Under the pieces are notes generated by a model that saw only the letters and a list, made by a program, of their open reading frames with translations, was not told the origin of the DNA and did no database searches. Positions 26,155 to 33,266 of a stretch of 64,000 nt of DNA are shown here, piece after piece. Origin of the DNA: an uncultured Acidobacteriota bacterium (GTDB taxonomy: Bacteria; Acidobacteriota; Terriglobia; Terriglobales; SCQP01); contig CALEJU010000005.1 in the NCBI GenBank assembly GCA_937898755.1, positions 3,056 to 67,055 of the forward strand, given 5' to 3'. Numbering within the stretch: position 1 is the first letter of the stretch; the number at the start of each line of letters is the position of its first letter. The position numbers and the translations under genes were made by a program.

Positions 26155-26663
26155 TGGCGACCCAGGCGTATGCCTACGCACGAGCCTTTGCTCAGACTCA
26201 CAGCATTGTGTTCCTGAGCGACAATCTCCGGAACACGCTGCGAGAAGTTATTCGCGAGTATGGGCTTGACCCGAACGCGTTAATGCAGGAGTGGCCTACC
26301 ATTGAACGCGGGATCAGGGTTTGGCTGGGATCGGGCCATCTGAACAAGGTTGTCGTCGAGTTCTTCAGGCCAGGCGCATCGGAGGCCTCGGCACGATGGG
26401 ATCTGCCGGTCCGCTATACGGGCTCGGGCGTAGATGACGATATGTGGCTCGACAAAGCGTACCTTCGGCAACTGATCGTCAAGGCGGCGCGCCCATCGCT
26501 TGATTGCAAATATCGCATCCTTCTCTGTACGGATCCAGGAGCTGCCAGCGTATCGGGCTTCACGGACTGCACATTTCTTTCGACAGGATCGCTTGCGGCG
26601 CGTCATTCCGGCACCGTCATTGCCACTGGTCATATGACCGCCGGCGCAACCTACTGGAGATAA
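26154..26663 (+). CDS. cap7: Bacterial HORMA-domain protein (CBASS Cap7-like)
   Basis: 170 aa. The N-terminal pattern AYAYARAFAQTHSIVFLSDNLRNTLREVI resembles the ...T.THA..IA.K.A.DL... start of bacterial HORMA proteins as I recall it. GGAGGGG precedes the ATG at 26154. Position is adjacent to the cyclase. Confidence 0.55.
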   Translation: MATQAYAYARAFAQTHSIVFLSDNLRNTLREVIREYGLDPNALMQEWPTIERGIRVWLGSGHLNKVVVEFFRPGASEASARWDLPVRYTGSGVDDDMWLDKAYLRQLIVKAARPSLDCKYRILLCTDPGAASVSGFTDCTFLSTGSLAARHSGTVIATGHMTAGATYWR

Positions 26664-26667
26664 TTGC

Positions 26668-27558
26668 ATGTTAACAACAACAGAGGCATTTGAGAAGTTC
26701 AGAAAACGGCTGGAGCTTAGTGAGACAGAACGTCAAGATGCATCTATGCGACAGACCAACGTGCGCGAGTGCATTCGGGGTGGCTTCGATATCGAGACTG
26801 ATTTCCTGTCGGGCTCTTACGGGCGGCACACAAAAACGAAGCCGCTGAAAGATGTAGATGTATTTTTCGTCCTAGGGCAAAAGGAAAAATGGCGCCGCGA
26901 TAAAACCCCCATCGAGATGCTCCGTGCCTTCGAGGCATGCCTCAAGAAACAATTCACAGAGTCGGATCAAATCGAAATCTGTCGGCGAGCGGTTACGGTC
27001 ATATTCGAGAAAAGCTATTATCCGGAGAATCATGACGGGAAGGTCCTGAGTATCGATGCAGTCCCCGCGTTTAAATCCGGGAATCATGAATATGAGATTC
27101 CAGACAAAGTGACGGGGACGTGGATCAAGACGAATCCGGAAAAGCATCAAGCGCAGGCAACCGCTAAGAATAAGGAATTGAATGGCGCTTGGGTTCCTCT
27201 CGTCAAAATGATCAAAGGCTGGAACCGGGCCAATGGCAAGCCCATCAAGCCTTCATTCCTAATCGAAGTTATCGCTGAGGAGCTGATCGAGTCCCCATTC
27301 TCGACCTACCCGGACGAGATCCGCAATTGCTTTGCGGTCATGGAAGCTAACGTCAATCGTACCTGGCCAGATCCAGCAGGGCTCGGGCCGCCGGTGTCCG
27401 ATCAAATGACTCCCGATCTCGTCGCGGCTGCCCAAAAGGCTCTTCAGGAAGCTCAGCGCAAAGCGGCGTTGGCGACGCGCGCACAAGAAACTGGCAGGCA
27501 AGGTGATGCGCTCAGCATCTGGCGCGAAATTCTTGGCGACTATTTCCCATTGTCGTAA
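26668..27558 (+). CDS. cGAS/DncV-like nucleotidyltransferase (CD-NTase, CdnC/CdnD-like)
   Basis: Pol-beta NTase signature GSYGRHTKTKPLKDVDVFFVL (GS...DxD) and third acidic residue in SIDAVPAF. 296 aa. Confidence 0.8.
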   Translation: MLTTTEAFEKFRKRLELSETERQDASMRQTNVRECIRGGFDIETDFLSGSYGRHTKTKPLKDVDVFFVLGQKEKWRRDKTPIEMLRAFEACLKKQFTESDQIEICRRAVTVIFEKSYYPENHDGKVLSIDAVPAFKSGNHEYEIPDKVTGTWIKTNPEKHQAQATAKNKELNGAWVPLVKMIKGWNRANGKPIKPSFLIEVIAEELIESPFSTYPDEIRNCFAVMEANVNRTWPDPAGLGPPVSDQMTPDLVAAAQKALQEAQRKAALATRAQETGRQGDALSIWREILGDYFPLS

Positions 27559-27569
27559 CGGAGGCAAAA

Positions 27570-28289
27570 ATGAATGACTGGTCGCTGGCGAAATTATTGG
27601 CCGGGCTTCATGATGACATTGAGGGGCGGCTTTCAATCGCCCGCAACGCCATGGGGCATCCTGTAGCAAAAGGCGACGCGAGCGAAGAGGTGTGGCTGGA
27701 TCTTCTGAAGACCTACCTTCCTCAGCGGTATCAAGCCGCTAAAGCTTTCGTTGTGGACAGCACCGGAGCCTTTAGCGAGCAGATCGATGTCCTCGTGTTC
27801 GACCGTCAATACTCACCTTTTATCTTCAGATACAATGGCCAAAGCATTGTCCCCGCTGAAAGCGTTTATGCCGCGTTCGAGGCCAAGCAGACCATCAACG
27901 CGAGCCTGGTGAAATATGCACAAGACAAAGTGGCGAGCGTGCGCAGACTGCATCGAACAAGCCTTCCAATTCCACACGCTGGTGGTGAGTATCCGGCCAA
28001 GGTTCCACGCGACATTCTGGGAGGCTTCTTGTCATTTGATAGTGATTGGAGCCCTCCGCTTGGCGTGTCGCTCATCGATGCACTTCGCGGCAGCACATTA
28101 GAGAGCCGCCTCGATTTAGGATGCGTTGCTGCACACGGCATATTTTGGCGTGGAGTCGACAATTTTTTTTCGGTCCAGCCCGAAGGTAAGCCGGCTACAG
28201 CGTTTCTCTTCGAATTGATTGCGCGGCTACAGAGTGTGGCCACCGTCCCCATGATCGACATCCGCGCATATGCTAAATGGCTGGAATAG
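27570..28289 (+). CDS. nucC: NucC-type cyclic-oligonucleotide-activated DNA endonuclease (CBASS effector)
   Basis: PD-(D/E)xK-like QIDVLVFD ... VYAAFEAKQ. Blocks DWSLAKLLAGLHDDI, KGDASEEVW, DRQYSPFIF, SVRRLHRTSLPIPHAGGEYPAK and KPATAFLFELIARLQ are very close to my memory of E. coli MS115-1 NucC. GGAGG RBS. Confidence 0.8.
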   Translation: MNDWSLAKLLAGLHDDIEGRLSIARNAMGHPVAKGDASEEVWLDLLKTYLPQRYQAAKAFVVDSTGAFSEQIDVLVFDRQYSPFIFRYNGQSIVPAESVYAAFEAKQTINASLVKYAQDKVASVRRLHRTSLPIPHAGGEYPAKVPRDILGGFLSFDSDWSPPLGVSLIDALRGSTLESRLDLGCVAAHGIFWRGVDNFFSVQPEGKPATAFLFELIARLQSVATVPMIDIRAYAKWLE

Positions 28290-28299
28290 CCGACCGAAT

Positions 28300-28873
28300 G
28301 ATTGTGAACGCTGGTCGGGTGCCCAGCCCTGAAAATGGAAACCCTCAACTACCGGTAAATCAGCTTTGACACCGCCCAAGTCGTCCCCGGGCTGGCCCTC
28401 CAGGCCAGGTTCTTCGAGACCGGCCCTTATCCCTATATCGACGGTGACCTGCCTCCTATTTCCGCACAGCGCAATGCCCGGTGTAGAAGATGTCCCGGGG
28501 TGGGGGGAGGATTCGAAGATTAATTTAATTGGCTGGACACTTTGGATGGTTCCCATCGCCAAGGTGGGTAAGCGCTGGGCTTTGTAAAAACCTTCCGTTA
28601 AGTTTACTTACCTGCAACTGCCTCCGGCACACTTTTGCCAGCCGGCTAACCATGGCTGGTGTTGGCCTGCGAGAGGTGCAAGAATTGATGGGTCACAAGA
28701 CCATAGCCATGACGTGCCGCTACAGCCATCTCGCGCCGGATCACCAGTTGGCGGCAGTGGAGCGGCTGGGGAGCATCCCGGCGATGCCAACAGCCACCAG
28801 AACAGCCACCGAAGGTTTCGAGCCCTCCGGCTTGCAGTCTTCTGCTGCTGGTCAAGTCCTTGTGGTGCAGTGA
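28300..28873 (+). pseudogene. Tyrosine recombinase (integrase) relic; only the C-terminal catalytic part is in frame
   Basis: 28529..28873 encodes ...CLRHTFASRLTMAGVGLREVQELMGHKTIAMTCRYSHLAPDH (R-H-x-x-R ... Y region). Upstream sequence shows only broken integrase-like traces with stops. Confidence 0.65.
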
Positions 28874-28877
28874 TTTA

Positions 28878-28950
28878 GCGTCTTTTCGGGGCCATAGCTC
28901 AATGGTTAGAGCAGCGGACTCATAATCCGTCGCGTGCAGGTTCGACTCCT
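28878..28950 (+). tRNA. tRNA-Met (anticodon CAT; could be tRNA-Ile2 if lysidinylated), CCA not encoded
   Basis: GGGGCCA/TGGCCCC acceptor, GCTCAATGGTTAGAGC D-arm, anticodon stem GCGGA/TCCGT with loop CTCATAA, T-arm GCAGGTTCGACTCCTGC, discriminator A followed by CTG. Confidence 0.85.
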
Positions 28951-29000
28951 GCTGGCCCCACTGCTTCCAAAGGCCGCAAGCGGAAAGCCGAAGACGACGT

Positions 29001-30482
29001 CTACTTGCCGGCCTTCGCCGTGATGCCCGGCCAGGCATCGGTGCGGAAGGGAGAGGCGGGCAGGCCGTCGCGGCTGAACAGGTTGCCGTCCGGGTTGTCG
29101 GCCCAGTCGTAGCGCACCGCCACCGGATGCCGCACCTCCGCCGCGGAGACCACCACCGCATCGCCCACGATGCGCGCCTGCGCCCAGACAAACTTGTGGT
29201 CGGCCCCGGCCACGGCAAAGCCGCGCAGCGGCGCATTCCCCTCCGCCACCAGGCCGGGCCCGACGTGCGCGAAGCGCACCCGGATGCCGGTCGGCAGGCG
29301 CCGCATGCCGACGTAGAGCGGGCCGATGGCGGTGCCGCCGCGACCATACGCGTGCGCCAGCGCCGCAAGCGCCAGGCGGTGGCCGACCTCCTGCTTGTTT
29401 TTGGGATGAATGTTGTTGGCTTCTCCCAAATCGACCGTAATGGCCATGCCGGTGTCGGGCAAACGAAGCGTCATCAGCTGCGCCTCGCGCAGCTCCGCCC
29501 ATGGGCTCTCGCCCGGCTGCGGAACGGCGGCGCCGAAGTTCGGAAGCTGCACGAACAGGAACGGTACCGGACGTCCCCAGGCCTGCCGCCAGCCGGTGAT
29601 CATGGCCGGGAACAGGGTGCGGTACTGGAAGGCGCGGTCGGCGTTCGATTCCCCCTGGTACCAGATGACGCCGCGCAGGGCGGCGGGGGCGAGCGGCGCG
29701 ATCATGCCGTTATACAGGCCGGCCGGCGTCCAACTGCCGCCCGGCCAGGTCTGATTCCACGGCTCCTGCTTGTACCTCGGGTTGTCCGGGTTGGCGGCGA
29801 AGGCGGCCAGGTCCTGCTTCCACAGGGTCAGGACGGGATGCAGCGACGCGTGCGAGGTCAGCACCGGGTAGGGCGTCCAGGCCTCCGCGGGGGTGCCGCC
29901 CCAGTCGCTCTCGATCAACCCGACCGGCACGTGCAGCGCGCCGCGCAGCTCGCGCCCGAAGAAGTAGCCGACGGCGGAGAACTCCCGCACCGCATCGGGT
30001 GTGACCGCCGCCCAAGCGGCGTCGAAGTCGTGCTGCGGCTGGTCCGCCACGCGGTGCGGCACCCGCAGCAGGCGCATCTCGGGGTCGTTGGCGGCCGCCA
30101 CCTCCTCCGCCCCGTGGTTCGCGAGGGGCAACGGGAGTTCCATGTTCGACTGCCCGGAACAGAGCCAGACCTCGCCGATCAGGAGGTCGGTGGCGGTCGT
30201 GGAGGCGCCCCCGCCGCTGACGGTCAGCGTCCAGGGGCCGCCGGCCGGCCGGGCGGGCAGCACGGCACGCCAACGCCCGTCGGCGCCCGTCCGTACCTGC
30301 GTGTGGGACGTGCCCAACTGCACGCGCAGCACGGCTCCGGCGGGCGCTTCGCCCCAGATGGGCAACGGCATCCCGCGCTGCAGCACGGCGTGATCGCGAA
30401 ACATCGGCGCCAGACGGATCTGCGCCGGGGCCACCACCGCCAGCACGGCACACAGCAGGACGAGACGAAACGGAGTACGCAT
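29001..30482 (-). CDS. Sialate O-acetylesterase-family (SASA/DUF303) carbohydrate esterase, secreted
   Basis: Signal peptide MRTPFRLVLLCAVLAVVAPAQ. CSGQSNM, GVIWYQGESNA and DWGGTPAEAW motifs. Start at the ATG at 30482. Confidence 0.75.
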   Translation of the reverse strand: MRTPFRLVLLCAVLAVVAPAQIRLAPMFRDHAVLQRGMPLPIWGEAPAGAVLRVQLGTSHTQVRTGADGRWRAVLPARPAGGPWTLTVSGGGASTTATDLLIGEVWLCSGQSNMELPLPLANHGAEEVAAANDPEMRLLRVPHRVADQPQHDFDAAWAAVTPDAVREFSAVGYFFGRELRGALHVPVGLIESDWGGTPAEAWTPYPVLTSHASLHPVLTLWKQDLAAFAANPDNPRYKQEPWNQTWPGGSWTPAGLYNGMIAPLAPAALRGVIWYQGESNADRAFQYRTLFPAMITGWRQAWGRPVPFLFVQLPNFGAAVPQPGESPWAELREAQLMTLRLPDTGMAITVDLGEANNIHPKNKQEVGHRLALAALAHAYGRGGTAIGPLYVGMRRLPTGIRVRFAHVGPGLVAEGNAPLRGFAVAGADHKFVWAQARIVGDAVVVSAAEVRHPVAVRYDWADNPDGNLFSRDGLPASPFRTDAWPGITAKAGK

Positions 30483-30693
30483 GACGGGTATCGTACTGGA
30501 AGACGGCAGGGGTTGGTGGGTAGGGGTCAAAACTGCGACGTGGACGTCGCCCCGTATCCGCACCCTGCGCCCTTCAGCCTTCCGGCTGCGGCCCGTACCC
30601 CCGCCGCCCCGCCTCTTCCCGACCGGTCGGCCATCGGCTGCGGCTTGCGCCTGCTCCGGCGGCGCGGTACAAACGCACCAGGGGTCTTTTCGC

Positions 30694-31644
30694 ATGCTGC
30701 AGTCCGACACGGTGCCGCCGGTCGCGCCGCCTCCCGGCATGACCACCACCGAGGCGCCCTTCATCGAGCAGGCGCAGCGCGATCACCGCCTCTTCATCGA
30801 GCAGCCATACGCGCTCTACAGCGAGCAGAACCACGAGGCGTGGCGCCGCCTCTTCGCCCGCATGGTGCCGCGCTGGGAGCGCTACGCCAACCCCTGGTTC
30901 CTGAAGGGCATGCAGTCGCTCTGCCTTGACGCCGACCGGGTGCCGCGGCTGGAGGACGTCAACAAGTTCCTCTCCCCGCTCACCGGCTTTCAGGCCAAGC
31001 CGGTCAGCGGCTACATCCCGTCGTTCATCTTTTTCGACTGCCTGCGCAACCGCCAGTTCCCCACCACGGTGACCATCCGGCGCGCCGACAAACTCGACTA
31101 CCTGCCCGAACCGGACATCTTCCACGACATCGCCGGCCACGTCCCGATGCATACCGACAAGGCCTTCGCCGAGACCCTGGTGCGCTTCGGCGAGTGCGCC
31201 CACACCGCAGCCGAGCTCGTCGGCGGCATCAAGGACGAGCACGAGCAGGTGCGCCGCCTGACCAGCATCATCCAGGCCATGGCCCGCTTCTTCTGGTTTA
31301 CGGTGGAGTTCGGCCTGATGCGCTCCGGCCCCGCGCCCGGCCTGGCCGGACTGCGCGCCTACGGCAGCGGCCTGCTCAGCAGCTACGGGGAACTCGAACA
31401 CAGCCTGGAGTCGCCCGCCGTGCAGCGCTTCCCGATTCAACTGGAGTGGGCCATCAACCAGTCCTTCGAGATCAACCACTACCAGCCGCTGCTGTTTATC
31501 GTCGATTCCTTCGACCACCTCTTCGGTTTGGTCGACGAACTGGAACGCTGGCTGCGCGACGGCAAGCTCGACAACGTCGCCCCCGGCGAACCGGCGGTCA
31601 ACGAGGCCGACCTGGCCAGCTTCCTGCATGCGGCAAACGCTTAA
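30694..31644 (+). CDS. phhA: Phenylalanine-4-hydroxylase (aromatic amino acid hydroxylase family)
   Basis: EPDIFHDIAGHVPMH iron-site motif. YGSGLLSSYGE. Start at the ATG at 30694. Confidence 0.85.
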   Translation: MLQSDTVPPVAPPPGMTTTEAPFIEQAQRDHRLFIEQPYALYSEQNHEAWRRLFARMVPRWERYANPWFLKGMQSLCLDADRVPRLEDVNKFLSPLTGFQAKPVSGYIPSFIFFDCLRNRQFPTTVTIRRADKLDYLPEPDIFHDIAGHVPMHTDKAFAETLVRFGECAHTAAELVGGIKDEHEQVRRLTSIIQAMARFFWFTVEFGLMRSGPAPGLAGLRAYGSGLLSSYGELEHSLESPAVQRFPIQLEWAINQSFEINHYQPLLFIVDSFDHLFGLVDELERWLRDGKLDNVAPGEPAVNEADLASFLHAANA

Positions 31645-31806
31645 CGGTTTTCGGTTGTCGGTTGTCGGTTGTCGGCAACACAAACGCCGGCGAGCTGAGT
31701 GCCACCCGGGACAGGCAGCGTGCCTGTCCTACACGGCACACGGTGTGCCAAACCACAACGCTAATGGGCGGGGCTCTAAAATCCAACAACTAACAACCAA
31801 CAACCG
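31645..31806. repeat. Composite ~160-nt element: CGGTTKT heptads (31645..31675) + two palindromes + CA-rich heptads (31778..31806); includes copy B of the ~100-nt element
   Basis: The outer blocks are complementary. Mismatches are C-A on the plus RNA but G-U on the minus RNA. Inner palindromes are GGACAGGCA-GCG-TGCCTGTCC and GGCACAC-G-GTGTGCC. Confidence 0.85.
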
Positions 31807-31836
31807 TTCCTGTCCGACTCTCCCCACCCCGACCCC

Positions 31837-32841
31837 CTACCGTTCTTTAAACAACGCCTTCGGCAGCATCATGTGGACGCCGACGTGGGTGTCGACCAGT
31901 TGCGTGATGTGCAGGTTGCCGGCCACGCTGCAGAGCATGTAGGCGTCGGTGCGGGAGAGGTGCTTGGTGGCGACCAGGAAGTCGATCATCTCTTCGGCGG
32001 CGTAGCGGGTAGCCCGCCCGAGATCGTCGTCGAAGCCCATGCTGATGTAGTCGGTCGGGGTCTCGGCCCGCGGCCAGCGCTGCTCGGTGTGTTTCAGCAG
32101 CTCAAGGCGGAAGGTCCCGCGCAGTGAGGTTTCAAGGGCCGTGATGTCAATCTCGCCGTCCCCTTGGGCGGCGTGACCGTCCCCGATCTCAAGCAACGCG
32201 CCCGGCGCAAAGACCGGGAGATACAGCGTGCTGCCCGCCACCAGCTCGCGGTTGTCCATGTTGCCGCCGTGCATCCACGGTGGAACGGAGCTGTAGCGTC
32301 CCGCCGAGGGCGGCGGCGCGTCGCCGATGCTGCCGAAGAAGGGCCGCAGCGGCACCTCGATGCCGGGGGCGAACTCCGCCACCCCCCGCTTCCAGTCCAA
32401 CGGAATGATGCGCATGGTGCCGTATGGATAGTCATGGGTCAGGAAACCACGGCCCACGCCAAAGGCGTTGTAGGCATAGTCGATGCGCGGCTCGATCTTC
32501 TCGATGTGGACCACCAGCGTATCGCCGGGTTCCGCGCCCTCGACGAAAATGGGGCCGGTCAGGATGTGGCCTCCGGGCCCTTTATCGGTGACCTGATCGT
32601 AGACGGCGCGCAACTCCGGCTCGACCCGGGCCGGCGCGAGGCCCGCGCCCTCCAGCCCCTTGGGGCTGTTGGTAATCAGGGTCTCGACGACCACGGTTGC
32701 GCCGGCGGGGACGCGCAGCACCGGCTTGGCCTGCGACCAGTAATAGCCCCACGCCACCGTCGTCGGTCCCACCGCAAGGTGGACTGGTGACTGGGCGACG
32801 GCGAGCGATGCGGCAAGGACGAGGAGCGAAGCACGCAGCAT
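31837..32841 (-). CDS. Acetamidase/formamidase-family amidohydrolase, secreted
   Basis: Signal peptide MLRASLLVLAASLAVAQS. Blocks GGHILTGPIFVEGAEPGD, GGNMDN and LEIGDGHAAQGDGE are typical of the FmdA/AmdA family. Confidence 0.75.
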   Translation of the reverse strand: MLRASLLVLAASLAVAQSPVHLAVGPTTVAWGYYWSQAKPVLRVPAGATVVVETLITNSPKGLEGAGLAPARVEPELRAVYDQVTDKGPGGHILTGPIFVEGAEPGDTLVVHIEKIEPRIDYAYNAFGVGRGFLTHDYPYGTMRIIPLDWKRGVAEFAPGIEVPLRPFFGSIGDAPPPSAGRYSSVPPWMHGGNMDNRELVAGSTLYLPVFAPGALLEIGDGHAAQGDGEIDITALETSLRGTFRLELLKHTEQRWPRAETPTDYISMGFDDDLGRATRYAAEEMIDFLVATKHLSRTDAYMLCSVAGNLHITQLVDTHVGVHMMLPKALFKER

Positions 32842-32925
32842 AAGCAGCTCTCCTGAACCGTACCAGTGTAGACGCAGGTGCAGCCTCCAGACGCTCGCCG
32901 GCTTCCCGTTCCGGCCCCGAACCAG

Positions 32926-32950
32926 AGTGGAAAGTGGAAAGTGGAAAGTG
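32926..32950 (+). repeat. Perfect tandem heptanucleotide (AGTGGAA)x3.5
   Basis: AGTGGAAAGTGGAAAGTGGAAAGTG, in the divergent region between the formamidase-family gene and smr. Same heptad family as 13719..13786. Confidence 0.9.
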
Positions 32951-32988
32951 ATGAGGCACGCGGCGCTTTGTCCGCCCTACAATGCGCC

Positions 32989-33255
32989 ATGGCCGCCTAC
33001 GAGGACCTTGACCTGCACGGCACGCGGCCCGATCCCGGCCGGGTGGGGTTCCTGCTGCAGGAAGCGCTGCTGCGCGCCCGCCGTGGTCATCGCGGTCTGC
33101 GGGTCATCCACGGCCGGGGGGAGTTCGTGTTGGCGCGCCTGGCGCAGGCCTGGCTGCAGACCCAGCAGCTCGAGTTCGAGCAGGGCGTCTTCAATCCCGG
33201 CGAGACCCGGATCGCCGCGCCGACGGTGCAGCGCTGGAAGAAAGCGGCCGGCTGA
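32989..33255 (+). CDS. Small Smr-domain protein
   Basis: LDLHG ... VIHGRG pattern of Smr/MutS2 C-terminal domains. 88 aa from the ATG at 32989. Confidence 0.6.
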   Translation: MAAYEDLDLHGTRPDPGRVGFLLQEALLRARRGHRGLRVIHGRGEFVLARLAQAWLQTQQLEFEQGVFNPGETRIAAPTVQRWKKAAG

Positions 33256-33266
33256 GAAGCCCCGGT

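Larger units (their letters stand above)
20190..28873. mobile_element. Decayed integrative/conjugative element remnant acting as a defence island (Fic, CBASS), ending at tRNA-Met
   Basis: Lower GC by eye (CBASS part roughly 50%). Contains an integrase relic, a frameshifted RepB-like primase, a VirB11/TrbB C-terminal fragment and a truncated DUF4919 gene. The left boundary is approximate. Confidence 0.5.

Noticed and set aside
28366-28587. Short ORFs between nucC and the integrase relic (28366..28587 plus, 28227..28562 minus), considered as possible extra CBASS components.
   Set aside because: They overlap each other and the degraded integrase region, have no RBS or motifs, and nucC is the usual terminal effector gene.
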